Positions 1-14,038 of a DNA stretch of 64,000 nt are shown here, one piece after another. Positions within the stretch are counted from its first letter, which is position 1. The number at the start of each line of letters is the position of its first letter. The notes beneath the pieces were generated by a model. It searched no databases. It was given only the letters and a program-made list of their open reading frames with translations, and was not told the DNA's origin. The position numbers were made by a program, and so were the translations under genes. Source of the DNA: Octopus vulgaris (taxonomy: Eukaryota); the NCBI GenBank assembly GCA_951406725.2, contig OX597831.1, forward strand, positions 76,818,001 to 76,882,000, written 5' to 3'.

Positions 1-491
1 ACTTCACCATTCAAACTGACAGATAGATAGATGCAAACAGGCCAGACATCATATTGAAAGTATTTAGACAAAGAACATGCCTCCTCATTGATATGACTGT
101 CCCAATCGATATAAACGTATCTGTCAAGACCTACCAAAAACTGAGCAAATATAAAGATCTTGAAATAGAAATCAGCAAAATGTGGAACCTGAAGACTAAA
201 ACAATAACTGTTGTCATAGGTGCCCTGAGAACGATAGCGAAAGGGGCTGATTGCTACCTAACTCAGATACCAGGAAACCCCAAAATGTCAGCAATTCAAA
301 AGATAGTGCTCATGGGAACTGGTCATATCCTACGCAAAATACTTTCAATGTAATCTCAAGGTTTAAAACAAACTTTGTTTTTTATTAGACATTCACTAGT
401 ACAACACAAAAAAACCCCCTCAAATATATGGCACACTAGGCATAACAACAACTTGAACTTCCAACCTGTTGTCTAGCAAAAGTCAAAGATA

Positions 492-493
<2 letters not shown>
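1..493 (+). mobile_element. 3' end of R4/Dong-like non-LTR retrotransposon (restriction-like endonuclease domain) running into (TAA)n
   Basis: RPDI (frameshifted) followed by CLLIDMTVP..KLSKYKDLEIEISKMW..VVIGAL..IQKIVLMGTGHILRKIL (ORF 54-353) is the RLE C-terminus; a 3' UTR then the TAA tract follow. Confidence 0.8.
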
Positions 494-554
<61 letters not shown>

Positions 555-595
555 TAACAATAATAATAATAAATAATAATAACAATAACAATAAC

Positions 596-690
<95 letters not shown>

Positions 691-698
691 TAATAATG

Positions 699-732
<34 letters not shown>
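494..732. repeat. (TAA)n microsatellite
   Basis: Direct reading. Confidence 0.95.
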
Positions 733-734
<2 letters not shown>

Positions 735-965
735 TCAAAACCAAAACGATTCAAAATCTGAATAATATAGGTCATCAAAAAACGTTACTTAGCTAGTCGA
801 AGGAAAAAATATAACTCATATATACGTTTTATTTATTATTTTGCACATTACTTAATCATTGGTATATTTTTTATCTTATATTTAATATTTCTATTATATG
901 TAATTTTCTAGATGGTGTAATTTAATTTTTCATTTTGAATTGATAAAATGTGGGTTTTTTCTAAT

Positions 966-1076
<111 letters not shown>

Positions 1077-1342
1077 CACATATAAAATATTAAAAAAGGA
1101 AAATGCACAGACTCCAAGTAAAATATGGGCAAACATTTTTTTGAAGAAAATACGTATTTAAATAAATTTTAATGTGATGATTAGCGAAAGCGAAACGGCC
1201 GACAAACACAATGTAAAGTAAGTTAAAAAATATATTAAAACTATGTAAAGTGTGTACATTTTCCTTCTTCAAATTTTATATATATTACAAGTCACAACGC
1301 GGGGATAATCGAAATTTCTCCCTTTCTGTTACTGTGTGTGTG

Positions 1343-1373
<31 letters not shown>

Positions 1374-1460
1374 ATGTAGGTCCCGGGTTGAGTCGGGGTT
1401 AACCACAGTAAATAAGGTACTCAATACATAGCAGAGTAAATTAATTTATTTTATAGAAGG

Positions 1461-1511
1461 AGCTTCTACAGGACTAGAACTGTTTCATTCAAAAGAAATC
1501 ATCAGGAAGCT
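1461..1511 (-). ncRNA. Type I hammerhead ribozyme motif (mirror of 2078-2128)
   Basis: Reverse complement reads AGCTTC CTGATGA T TTC TTTT GAA T GAAA CAG TTCTAGTC CTG TA GAAGCT. Confidence 0.8.
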
Positions 1512-2077
1512 AGGTGACAAGAATAGTTTTGGCATTTATACACTTAGGCAGGTTTAAGGGGTGGTGGTGGGGGACTTTTTTGGGGTAGGCATGGCGCAAA
1601 CTATCAATCTTAGGGGAGTGGTCAAAGGAATCAGTGATAAAGTAGATAAAAGAATAAATAGAATAATAGAGTTTACATACACATACCCACATACATCCAT
1701 ATACACATGTACATATGCACCCATTTACATACATCTACGTACTCACCCATACCCATACTCATACATACACACAAATATCTACACACATATATATGTAAAA
1801 TGAATATAGATATTTGTGTGTATGTATGAGTATGGGTATGGGTGAGTACGTAGATGTATGTAAAATGGGTGCATATGTACATGTGTATATGGATGTATGT
1901 GGGTATGTGTATGTAAACTCTATTATTCTATTTATTCTTTTATCTACTTTATCACTGATTCCTTTGACCACTCCCCTAAGATTGATAGGTTTGCGCCATG
2001 CCTACCACAAAAAGTCCCCCACCACCACCCCTTAAACCTGCCTAAGTGTATAAATGCCAAAACTATTCTTGTCACTT

Positions 2078-2128
2078 AGCTTCCTGATGATTTCTTTTGA
2101 ATGAAACAGTTCTAGTCCTGTAGAAGCT
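2078..2128 (+). ncRNA. Type I hammerhead ribozyme motif
   Basis: Stem I AGCTTC/GAAGCT, core CTGATGA, stem II TTC/GAA, GAAA, stem III CAG/CTG, cleavage triplet GTA. Confidence 0.8.
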
Positions 2129-2135
2129 CCTTCTT

Positions 2136-2195
<60 letters not shown>

Positions 2196-2239
2196 TGATT
2201 GATTCTAGTTTCAAAGCTGTGGCCATGCTGGGGCACCGC

Positions 2240-2291
<52 letters not shown>

Positions 2292-2568
2292 GAAGAAATG
2301 TACACACACGTGGAACTCAAAATGTCACTAAAATGTAAACCTAAAGATTAGCGAACGTTTTTCTCTTCATTTGCTTTTTCCTGGCAGAATCGTTAGCACG
2401 CTGGGCGAAATGCTTAGCAGTATTTCGTCTGCCGTTACGTAATCGACTTAATCTGTTTGTCTGTCTTTGTTTGTCCTCTCTGTGTTTAGCCCCTTGTGGG
2501 TAGTAAAGAAATAGGTATACACGTACAACTCTCTCTCACATACACATACACTCATACATTTTTATCTC

Positions 2569-2606
<38 letters not shown>

Positions 2607-2719
2607 CCCCTCTCTTTCCTTACTTTCGAAGTCAGGCTTGAAACGTCAAAGACATTTCTGTTCTTCCAGAGCATCCAACACACCTACTACAACTACTACT
2701 ACTACTGCTACTGCTGCTG

Positions 2720-2779
<60 letters not shown>

Positions 2780-2903
2780 ATAATAATAATAATAATAATA
2801 ATAATGATAATATATATATATATGTATGTATGTATATATGTATGTATGTATGAATATGTATTTCCTATTTTCCTTTAATAACTATTAAATATTTTCTCGC
2901 ACG

Positions 2904-2952
2904 GTCTCTGATGAAAGAATATATAAAATTATCGCGGAAACAGCTGTAAGAA
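2904..2952 (+). ncRNA. Minimal hammerhead motif with degenerate stem II
   Basis: TCT CTGATGA ... GAAA CAGCTG TA AGA; palindromic stem III. Confidence 0.55.
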
Positions 2953-3018
2953 CTCTTTTCTTTATAAATGTTCAGAAAACTATTCACAGCCTTGGATTTT
3001 TATCTTACTATGTTAATC

Positions 3019-3050
<32 letters not shown>

Positions 3051-3051
<1 letters not shown>

Positions 3052-3294
3052 AGGCTGGTGCATAATTATTGCGGCTTTTTTCAACATATTTTATTCACCA
3101 AAACCATTCACAACACATAACAAAAACATCTTGAAATTATTACTCCTGAGCATATTCACCATCTACTTCAATTATTACTTCCCATTTGCTTGACAGACGG
3201 TCAGACCGTCATTTAAAGATGTTTTTGTTAAATATTGTTATTGATTTTGTTGAATAAAATTTGTTGCAAAAGAAACCACAATAATCATGCACAA

Positions 3295-3300
<6 letters not shown>
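3051..3300. mobile_element. Internally deleted mariner-type element (MITE)
   Basis: Imperfect TIRs taggctggtgcataattattgcgg / ccacaataatcatgcacaaacctta within a TA tract. Confidence 0.55.
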
Positions 3301-3369
<69 letters not shown>

Positions 3370-3450
3370 ATAAACATGCATACATACATATATATATATA
3401 TATGTATGTATATGTATATATCTATCTATCTATATATATATGTATATATG

Positions 3451-3495
<45 letters not shown>

Positions 3496-3503
3496 ATATG
3501 TAA

Positions 3504-3539
<36 letters not shown>

Positions 3540-3719
3540 TAATAATAAATATTAGGGAATAAATCCAAACTTACAGGGAAAAATCAGATTTAGGATTGAA
3601 TCCAATTTATAATAAAATATATTAATAATTGTTAAATTACTAAATAATATAAATTAATTTATATATTGGATTAAGTCTTTCTTTGTTTGATTTGCATAAT
3701 TGTGGTTTTGTCTCTAATT

Positions 3720-3795
<76 letters not shown>

Positions 3796-4483
3796 ATACA
3801 TAAATATAAGGGAATATATTTACCACTATGTGGAAACCTTAAACACAGACTTTTGAAAAATAACCACAACAATAATAGGTAGAACTACATGCATTTTCAA
3901 CATCCTGTCTGGCGTGAAGTTCTTCAAATTATATTTTGCATAGACGATCATACTGAAGATTTACAGATAAATTATGTAAGAAGAATTACGTAATTTGTTA
4001 ATAGTGAAACAATTGTTTATGATTAATCTATATTTTTGGTACTTTTCATTTATTTTACTAGCTTACGTTTCTGGTGTTTGCTAAATTTTCTAGAGAACAA
4101 TTCTTAGTGGTTAAGACCATATCGGATCTTCTTCCAGCATAAGGGTTTCCACATAGTGGTAAAAAATTCCCTCTTATATTTATGTATGTAATACTATTCA
4201 CTGAATCTCACTTTTTTTATATGCTAGACCACTGGTGTTAAAATTGATGTTATCAAATCAATATCCAATCTTTTCACCCTCATTTTAGTTATGTATATAT
4301 ATATATATATATATATACATATAGTAATTACATCGTGGAGGACCGATTTGAGCCATTAGTATATAAACAAACGCTATTAAGAAAACCTGCTAACAGTTTA
4401 TTATTTGGTACCAATAATTCCACTGTATTTATGAAATATAAGCAAAAAAAAAATCAAAAACAAAAGCAGAATGCTTGACTTAC

Positions 4484-4672
4484 CGTGCCATGGTCAAAGT
4501 CGTCATTAAAATCGAGCATTTCGGTTTTAGGAACTATGATGTAATCTTCAGAGAAATTTCTTCTCTCTCCCATCATTTCCAAATAAGGAATTTTGTCCAA
4601 GTAATCTAAAATACTCTTCCAGTTCGTCACATTCATGTGTTTTATTTCTTTGATTGTTCCTGCAACCATTAC
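4484..4672 (-). CDS. Gene A exon 3 (secreted protein family, VMVAGTIKE...DFDHGT, 63 codons)
   Basis: ctttacag acceptor, GTAAGT donor, phase 0/0; homologous to exon 3 of copies B and C. Confidence 0.85.
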
Positions 4673-4687
4673 CTGTAAAGCAGATTT

Positions 4688-4718
<31 letters not shown>

Positions 4719-4989
4719 GCCCATATATACATACATACATATATATATATATATACTGAGAATAACAAGGTAGTCAGAATGATTATTTGTATTTTTATTT
4801 ACATTTCAGCGCTTTCTTCCGTTATCGGATTTATCAAAAATCTGTACATTACTTCCAAAAATGTCTCTTCCTCTCTCTCTACACATACGCACGCAGGCAC
4901 ACAAACACACACATACACAAACACACACACACATGTAAATGTCAGATCCAAGGCTCAAAGTGTTGGAAGTCAGTGAGCTTAATACTAAA

Positions 4990-7185
4990 CATGTCATCCA
5001 AACATCTTAAAGTGTTCATAATTGGATCATTAAAATCTATTCTCCAGCAAAATCACTTCCGGTTTGGCACTACTGCATGCCGACAAAAATTTGGAGTTGC
5101 AATGGGAACCAAGGCGGCCTCCGTTCTTACCAACCTGACAATGGGCTATTTAGAACTAACAATATATCAGGAATCACTCAGAAAATTCGGAAATCCCCTT
5201 TTCCAAAACACAAAAGAAAACTGGAAAAGATATTTGGATGACTAATTAATTCTATGAAATGACAACGTGGAGAAACTCTAGGAATTCAAAAGACTTCTCA
5301 ACAGCATGAATACAAATATACAATTTACAAAGGAACACAAAAAGGAAATCAATTTTATAGACACACTAATCAAAAAAGTAACTAAAAAATAGAAACCGAC
5401 ATATTTTACAGAACTACAGACACGAAACAATTCTCATGCACCAGAGATGTATTAAAATAAATGTCCCATTCAATCTAAAGAGAATAATCTACACTACAAT
5501 GTCAGAAAAAAACATCAGAGAACTCAGACGACAAGAACTTAAAAACATACACGTCGAATGACACTACTCAACTTCGCGCATAGATGATGGGATAAAACGT
5601 GCAAAAAGAATTAATATACAAACACTAAGAGAGATCAAAACAACGCACTCACTCTAAAAATATTACCTTATATTTCCACAGACAAGCCCCCAAAACAACG
5701 AATCATATAACGCTATTATCAAAAACCTTCCACTACAACATAAGGACATTAAACTGTATGAAATCCTACGCACCCATGAAATTATTAAAAGCAACAATCA
5801 ACCAAAACTACTCAAGCGGATACTCATAAATGAAAAAGTATGCTAAAAATAACGGGAAAATGTGGATGACCAAACTGAAATATGTCCCAACATAATGGAA
5901 GTTTCAGAATTCCATTTTAAACAAGAAAAAATTATAAAATTAAAACTGCCTTCACTTGCGCCTCTGAAAATCTTATCTACGTCATAACATGGTCCGGCTG
6001 CAGTACGAACTATATCGGCTCAATAGAAATGTCCCAAAGACGTAGATCTACACTACACAGGCAACAAATTTACCATCCGCATAAGTCAAATACCACTCAG
6101 TGGTCACATAGATATGCAAAGGAACGTCAACCACTATTCACAATATTCCCACCTCAACTCAATAATCTCTGGATAGGCTTTAGAACATTTAATCCATCGC
6201 TACATTTGAATGCATCGCTTTAGACACCTACGCAGACGACTTTTCATGATGTCTCAAGTACAGAGAATGTACACAAAGGGCACTCCATATCACTATCGGA
6301 CCTCTTCTGGAGGCTCAAACAGAATGGACTGGAGCATACGACACGCTTGTTTATTCCATGACAAAAAAAACCACTGCAGCATTCAGCGGAACAAGTTATG
6401 TCTGGAAGAAAATCTGAAAGCCATCACATCCAGGGTAAATGGTGATAAATAGATACTCCGCGGTGATCATATCATTTAAACAAAAGGCAAAACATCGTTT
6501 CTGGGATTTCAAAAAAAATTTTGAAACGGTATAACATCAGACGCCTTTAGCATATTATATAATAAGGAAGGAACACAAACAAATAAACAAACAAGTCAAT
6601 ATTTAGGATGCTATACTACTGTACCGTCAGAAAAGCTATACCACTGTACCACCAAAAACAATTAGAAGTCTCCTAAGAAAGTATCATTTATCAATTCTGA
6701 CAATGAGCTCCTACAACTGATGGCTGTAGTCGCTGTACTGGCTGACCTGTTTACTTCAGAATTCATTGAAGATAGTCATGCCTTAAATGAGATCGAACAA
6801 AGGAATGTACGACCCATCCTTCACATCTACAGACAGAATTGCAATATAAATCCAGCATCATTACACACATCCATCCCCATATAATTGCCCTTCCGTCCTC
6901 TCTTTCCATCACTTTCCCTGCTTCCCCAACAAATACACACAGAAATACCCACATAACTCAACCAACCTTTTCACTGGTCAAAAACAGACAAGCATCGCTC
7001 TGGTAAGCATCCACTAATGTTATATCGCCTGAAGAAATGACTCCATGAAGAGGGATCTACCCGATACCCACGAATAATACGAGCTACATTGTAATAATCC
7101 CAGGAATACAGACAGTGATCTTAAGAGACATGTGATTTCTGGAAACGCACGTAGCGATGCATTAAATGTTTATAAATTGCATCCA
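4990..7185 (+). mobile_element. Degenerate Penelope-like element (RT + GIY-YIG remnants, 3' region with hammerhead)
   Basis: GVAMGTKAA..LTNLTMGYLE..NWKRYLDD; downstream FTCASENLIYVIT..YIG; multiple stops and frameshifts. Confidence 0.8.
7024..7158 (+). ncRNA. Hammerhead-like motif with ~100-nt extended stem II region
   Basis: ATCGC CTGAAGA ... GAAA CGCACG TA GCGAT; 5-bp stem I; sits at the 3' end of a Penelope element. Confidence 0.5.
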
Positions 7186-7188
7186 AGG

Positions 7189-7268
<80 letters not shown>

Positions 7269-7315
7269 CATTATTATCATTATTATTATCATTAGTATTA
7301 TTATTATCATCATCA

Positions 7316-7380
<65 letters not shown>

Positions 7381-7829
7381 TTTTTTCCAAAGCTCATCAA
7401 AGAAAATGTTTGGAAGCTTGTCGAACTGATTGCACTTATGTTTCAAAAGGATTTCTCTATCACACGCTGTTTCTACTTTAAGGATACATATATCTCTAGA
7501 ATATTCAACCGTTTATACGTTAATTCAATGAATAGGCTCTTCTATTCATTGAACAATTGATCACACATTGTCGAAACTGTCGGAGATCCTTTAGCTTTTT
7601 GGTGGAAGAGGGTAAAGAGTGTAGTTAGTTAGTGAGGTAGCTTGGTAAGGGGTGCAGCTATAATTATTGCCAAAGTAACTTTTGACATTGCTAGAATTTT
7701 AGAATTTGTAGGATATTATACTGTTTGTAGTTGAAAATACTTTAGAAGATGCTTATTTACGTGCTTACATTTGGATACTACCCCTGATCTTTGAAAAGCT
7801 ATATCAACTTTTAAGAAGATTGAAGTTAC

Positions 7830-8020
7830 CTTTAAGTTTTCATCGATCATCTTTAAAGATTCGAACTGAAGTTTTCCGAAAGTAGCAGCTAGTTCGAATC
7901 TTACATTCCTCTCATCCCAAAAAGTGGGATCATTTTCTAGTTCATCAATGATTTCATTCGGGGTTCGCAAATGAAGAACTTCATTTACAACCTCTTCATC
8001 AGTTTTGCTTACTCCTTTTG
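7830..8020 (-). CDS. Gene A exon 2 ((A)KGVSKTDEEVV...RFELAATFGKLQFESLKMIDENLK)
   Basis: tgtcaaacag acceptor in phase 1 matching exon 1, AAG|GTAAC donor in phase 0; 191 nt; homologous to B/C exon 2. Confidence 0.85.
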
Positions 8021-8329
8021 CTGTTTGACAATGATAAAGAGAGTGATTAGCAGGTAATATACAATATAGTACAATATACAATACACGTTGTATAAAATTT
8101 CAACAAATCTTATAAAATACTCGTCATAGCAGGAGATTGTAAGGAAAGAAACTGAGTTTGTATGCATGTGGAGAAGCGGGGAAATCGTTTACGTTGAGGT
8201 TTAAAACAGTGGTTAAGAGAATGGATCCCTGTCGTATTCCATCAGAGAAATAAATGGTTCTGAAAGTGTTGTTCTGGTACACTACATACTTTTGATGACC
8301 AGAGAGGATGTTTACTTATTCTTTTACTT

Positions 8330-8522
8330 GTTTCAGACATTTTATTGCGGCCATGCTGGAGCACCACCTTAAATCGAGCAAATTGACCCCAGGACTCATT
8401 ATTTTTAAGCGTAGTACTTCTTCTATCGGCCGCTTTTGCCGAACCGCTAAGTTACGGGGACGTAGACACACTACCATCGGTTGTCAAGCGACGGTTGGGG
8501 GGACAAACACAGGCACACAAAC

Positions 8523-8568
<46 letters not shown>

Positions 8569-8710
8569 GACGGGCTTCTTTCTGTTTCCGGCTACCAAAT
8601 CCGAGTCTATAGCAGAAAACACTTGCCCAAGGTGCGATGCAGTGGGAATGAACTCGGAACCATGTTGCTGGTAAGCAAGCTACTTCCTACACAGCCAACC
8701 CTGCGCCTAT
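8330..8710 (-). mobile_element. tRNA-derived octopus-type SINE
   Basis: Shares head (ggctgtgt.ggtaagtagcttgcttacc..ggttc), central TA tract and tail (ggtgctccagcatggccgca..gaaacaagtaaaag) with other copies in the window. Confidence 0.8.
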
Positions 8711-9022
8711 TAAACATAATTTAGTGCTGAGTAATGCTTTTACTTTAGTTGAGTGAATAAGAAAGAATAATGAAGTGTAGAATCGCAGACATCGTTTATG
8801 CTGATGCTAATTAGAGTCAGAGTGCGTGACGTGGGTGATTAAGGTATGGCAATCGTGATCGCAAGATCGTGGTATCAATTCACTGATCGGGTTGTGCGTT
8901 CGGTTCTTCAGCAAAACCATTCATTTTACGTTGCTCGTACAGGCAGAATCATTTTGTGGTAGGGAGCGATCTTAATCTACTACAGGACAAATATTTGTGC
9001 AGGTTTTTCAGGAAGCATGTGT

Positions 9023-9071
<49 letters not shown>

Positions 9072-9197
9072 TGGTAGGGAGCGATCTTAATCTACTACAG
9101 GACAAATATTTGTGCAGGTTTTTCAGGAAGCATGTGTCCTATATATATATATATTATATATATATATATATTATATATATATATATACATGTCCATT

Positions 9198-9243
<46 letters not shown>

Positions 9244-9614
9244 CATAAGACGCATGCTTATATTGTTGTATTTCGGGCCGGTCATATTTGTTTTGCCAAA
9301 TAAACACACGCACTATATATTTGTTCTTCAATCGTTTATTACTGTTCTTACAGTTCTTCATTGTCCGGAAATCTTTCGTCACACATTTGTGGTCTCTTCA
9401 GAGACATATTCCCTTCTCATTTGTACTCCTTCTCTGCTTAGGACAATGGACTTGAGTTAAAATAAGAATCGTAATAAACGAGTGTGAAACGAATATATAG
9501 AACGTGTGTTCGGCAATAAAAAAAAATACTATTCCGAAATACAACAATACGTCTTTCAACACACGGTTTCACATCAGGAATCTTGCAACACTAATTCACA
9601 AACGTATAAATACA

Positions 9615-9648
<34 letters not shown>

Positions 9649-9653
9649 CATAC

Positions 9654-9802
<149 letters not shown>

Positions 9803-9956
9803 GGGTGTGTGTGATTGTGTATAGAAGAATATATCAATAAAGGGAATTCCAAACTTGTCTGATTTTCACGTTTTATTTACAATCTTATAATGATATAATA
9901 TAATATAATAGAATAAAATAAAATAAAATAATAGAATGTTAAATGTTCATTCTGAT

Positions 9957-10001
9957 TGAACTAGTACTTTCATGCATTAAATTCTGCAATCTTCAGGTTC
10001 A
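9957..10001 (-). ncRNA. Minimal type I hammerhead motif, sense within gene A intron 1
   Basis: TGAAC CTGAAGA T TGCA gaatttaa TGCA T GAAA GTAC TA GTTCA. Confidence 0.75.
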
Positions 10002-11319
10002 TGTAGTAGTGGTGACAGTCATGCTTCACAATTTTTGACTGTAGCGAGATGATTGAATCTGTGCTTTAAATACACCTGTGTGGGCTCCAGGGTGCTAGGT
10101 TTTGCAAACTGTATTCTGACCAGTCTGTGTGTAGTATCACTCAATTACTTAAGCTGATTAGTTGGTTGAGCTGATTGGTTTAGGCGTCACGCTTTGTTGG
10201 ACATGTCAAGAGTCCTGTATCTTAACCCTAGCCGAGGCAGCAATTGTTGGGCTATTTTTAGAAATGTTGTAAATAGCCTTTGTCAGAGATTTTTATATTT
10301 TTATATTTCAATTGTCATCATCATCATTGTCAGCACCTTAATTATTGTTGCTAGTGGTGATGGTGGTGGCAATAGAACTTTTAACCCTAAATACGATAAT
10401 TTTCTTGCTGTCTAAGTATTATTATTATTGCTTATTTAGCTTGGGTTCGAATTTATCAATAAAATTCTTTTCTCTGATTTTCCTCTCGATTTCACTTGGG
10501 CTGTGTAATTTGTAGAATGGAAATATTATATATATATTTTCCGACCACATGTTGCTAGGTGGTTACTCAAAGGTATCTGACGGACCTCTGGATCTCTAAT
10601 CTTATATAAATATATATATATATAAGTACATAATGGGACAAGAATGCAAAATATCCAGAAGACGATACAAAAAACACGGACGGGTCATTCGAAGCCTTTA
10701 ATCTTCAGTCAAGAATCGGATCATCCTCGCAATTTCGGCTGATAAATATTGAGATTGCTCCAATCTGGTCTGCCCCAAGGAAAAACTAAGCTAAGAGCAT
10801 TAGATTCCTTGGAAAGAAGCTTCGAATGTATACAAAACAAGGACGGAAAAGCGGACGATGTTATACGAATAAGAATACAAAAAATAATGCGAAAAAACAA
10901 TAATAATAATAATAATAGGACATCAAAACAGGCGTCTTTCGACTGGAAACGAATTGAATTCAGCTGGCGTGCTAGGAATTTATATATGTATATAAATATT
11001 TATCTGTATAGACATACATTATAACAGCAATTCGGCCACGTTAAACTATTTACAAAGTAAGTCCAGTTAGGATCAGAAATGACATAAGAACCTGTTTGAG
11101 TCCAGTAAAGATACACCGAAGCAAAGAAACAAATATAAAAGAAAAACAGCAAGAAAGAACAAAATACTGGATAGGAACAGCATGCAGAATGCTAAGCTTG
11201 GTACCTTGGACAAGTTTCTTCTACTATAAACCCGAACCAGCCTTGTGAGTGGATAGGTTAACGGAAACTGTGCGGAGGCCGTCGTCTCTCACTTTCTCTC
11301 TCTCTCTGTATATATTATT

Positions 11320-11680
11320 TTATTCTTTTACTTGTTTCAGTCATTTGATTGCGGCCATGTTGGAGCACCACCTTTAGCCGATCAAATCAACCCCTGGACT
11401 TATTCTTTGTAAGCCTGGTACTTGTTCTATCTGTCGCTTTTGCCGAACCACGAAGTTACATGGACATAAACACACCAACATCGGTTGTCAAGCGACGGTT
11501 GGGGAGGGGCAAACACACCGAGAAATGCATATATACGACGGGCTTCTTTCAGTTTCCGTCAACCAAATCCACTCACAAGGCTTTGGTCGACCCGAAGCTA
11601 CAGTAGAAGACATTTGTCCAATGTGCCATACAGTGAGACTGAACCTGGAATAATGTGGTTGGGAAGTAAGCTTCTTATCA
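11320..11680 (-). mobile_element. tRNA-derived SINE
   Basis: Same head/body/tail as the SINEs at 8330 and 25048. Confidence 0.8.
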
Positions 11681-12231
11681 AACGGCCAATAATATATATA
11701 TGCATATATGTATATATGCGCACACGCGTGTGTGTGTGTCTTTGTGTTTGACCCTTACTACCGCTGAACAATCGTTGCCCGTGTGCTTACATCCCCATAA
11801 CTTAGTTTCTGGCAAAAGAGACCGACAAAATAAAAAGTAGATTTAAATGAAAGGATAAGTCCTGGGGTCAATTTGTTCGACTAAACCCTCTAAAGCAGGG
11901 CACCAGCTCCGATGTAGGGGTGGCTATGAGGACAGGAGCTTTGCTTTCCAGCCCAGGATCTTGCCCTATAAACTCGGACCGACCAATGACTTGTAACTGG
12001 ATTATGATGATAGAAAATGAAAAAAATCCATCGTAGTCATATATATATCTATATCTATATATATATATATATATATGTATACAAAAAGCAATAAAGATTC
12101 AAGTTAATTTAAATGAATTAACTTGAATATGGTACCTAACTTAGATGCACCAAAAGAAAACTATACTGATTTAACAATACAGTAATGTGGGGTGATTATA
12201 AGCGAGAAAGAAGCAACAAGAATGGATAGGT

Positions 12232-12322
12232 TTTTAGTACAATCGTTTCATACAAGGACAGGCTTTATTAAAAGTTGCAAAAATTACAGCATATAAACGT
12301 GTCCCGTACTCATCAGCTAAAA
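12232..12322 (-). ncRNA. Type I hammerhead motif, sense within gene A intron 1
   Basis: Reverse complement of 13630-13720. Confidence 0.8.
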
Positions 12323-13629
12323 TACATGTGAGTTCTCTAGACATCCTAGTGGTTGAGGCTATACTCATGAAGTAATGTAGATAATTAAGTAACATAAACA
12401 GATTTCCAAAGTTCATTAAAGTTCATTAAAGATGATGTACAGTCTTATCATAGAATTTTAAAAAAGTTTTAATAGCATCACAGAGAAGGTGACCTAATCC
12501 ATAGTGCACATATGAATTTCCAGAGATATGATGAGGGATTACATACTCACAGAAGACAAATTTATCCATTGTTAATTACAACGAGGTGGGTTTCAATTCC
12601 TGCTTATTAGCATTATAGAGAGGGTGAATTAATCCTTTGTATAGATGCACAATTTCCAATGGTGTAGATGTAAATTTCCAGAGAAATGAAGAGGAATTTC
12701 AAATTCACAGGCGATAAGTTTATCAATGGTTGAACACAATGAGGTAGGTATCAATTCTTGTTATATGATTAGGTATTTGCCACATTAATCACATTAATGC
12801 TATTTACAAGAGGCTGTAGCTATTTAACTTCTAAAGGCTGAAGGGCTTTCTATAGCGGCAAAGAATAGAAAAGGGAAGGGAATAGAAGAAAAGAGAGAAA
12901 ATAAAGGAGGAGGGAGCAAAAAGGGGGGGAGGGGGACTAAAAGAGAAGAGAAAAGGAAAAAGAGAATAAGCAGAAGGAAAAGAAAAAAGAGAAAAGAGAA
13001 AGATATAGGGAAAGAAGGGAAAAAAGAAAAAGAAAAAAAGGGTTCTAATTATACAGAAGAATTAGTAGACGGCAAGTCTGGTTTTAATTTACAGGCATCA
13101 AGGAACTAGAGGAGAATATTATTCTTTGACCAGTAAAACAGCTAATTTATTGCTGTTGAAATCAGCTATGAATTTAAAGAGAATCTAAAGAGATAACACA
13201 GTCAGGGGTTTAGGGGTCAGATGCTAAAATCACCAGAAAACACATTAGGAAAATCTAGGTATAAACTTATCAAAAAGTCATTAAAATTTACTTATTTAAT
13301 TTATTCCTTTTATTGTCTTAAGGAGTTGCCGTTATTATTCATACATTGACGGACTACAGGTCAAATCTTAGAAGATCATTTACAAGGTAAATTTACCTTC
13401 TGTGAGTATGTAATCCCTCATCATATCTCTGGAAATTCATATGTGCACTATGGATTAGGTCACCTTCTCTGTGATGCTATTAAAACTTTTTTAAAATTCT
13501 ATGATAAGACTGTACATCATCTTTAATGAACTTTAATGAACTTTGGAAATCTGTTTATGTTACTTAATTATCTACATTACTTCATGAGTATAGCCTCAAC
13601 CACTAGGATGTCTAGAGAACTCACATGTA

Positions 13630-13720
13630 TTTTAGCTGATGAGTACGGGACACGTTTATATGCTGTAATTTTTGCAACTTTTAATAAAGCCTGTCCTTGT
13701 ATGAAACGATTGTACTAAAA
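13630..13720 (+). ncRNA. Type I hammerhead motif with long stem II
   Basis: TTTTAG CTGATGA G TAC gggaca..tttat..ataaa..tgtcctt GTA T GAAA CGATTG TA CTAAAA. Confidence 0.8.
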
Positions 13721-13750
13721 ACCTATCCATTCTTGTTGCTTCTTTCTCGC

Positions 13751-13801
<51 letters not shown>

Positions 13802-13850
13802 GGCAACAGCTGTTAGAGCTCTTTATAAATGTTCTGAAATCTTTCAAAAG

Positions 13851-13914
<64 letters not shown>

Positions 13915-13991
13915 TATATACATATCAAATTAACAGCATGAGATAAAAATCCAAGGGTGTAAAAGATTCCAGAACATTTTTAAAGAGAATT

Positions 13992-14038
13992 TCTTACACC
14001 TGTTTCCGGGATATTTTATATATCCCTTCATCAGAGAC
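13992..14038 (-). ncRNA. Minimal hammerhead motif
   Basis: GTCT CTGATGA A GGGATAT ataaa ATATCCC G GAAA CAGGTG TA AGA. Confidence 0.65.

Larger units (their letters stand above)
1455..2134. repeat. ~680-bp near-perfect palindrome (arms ~1455-1781 and ~1807-2134), Penelope pLTR-like
   Basis: Arms are reverse complements; the ORF track shows mirror peptides (1510-1734 - vs 1897-2079 +). Confidence 0.9.
12203..13752. repeat. Inverted repeat pair (~350 bp; ~12203-12555 vs ~13398-13752), pLTR-like
   Basis: Identical 60-aa ORFs on opposite strands (12234-12416 -, 13536-13718 +). Confidence 0.9.

Noticed and set aside
12234-13718. Two identical 60-aa ORFs on opposite strands
   Set aside because: By-product of the inverted repeat; the conserved feature is the hammerhead RNA structure.
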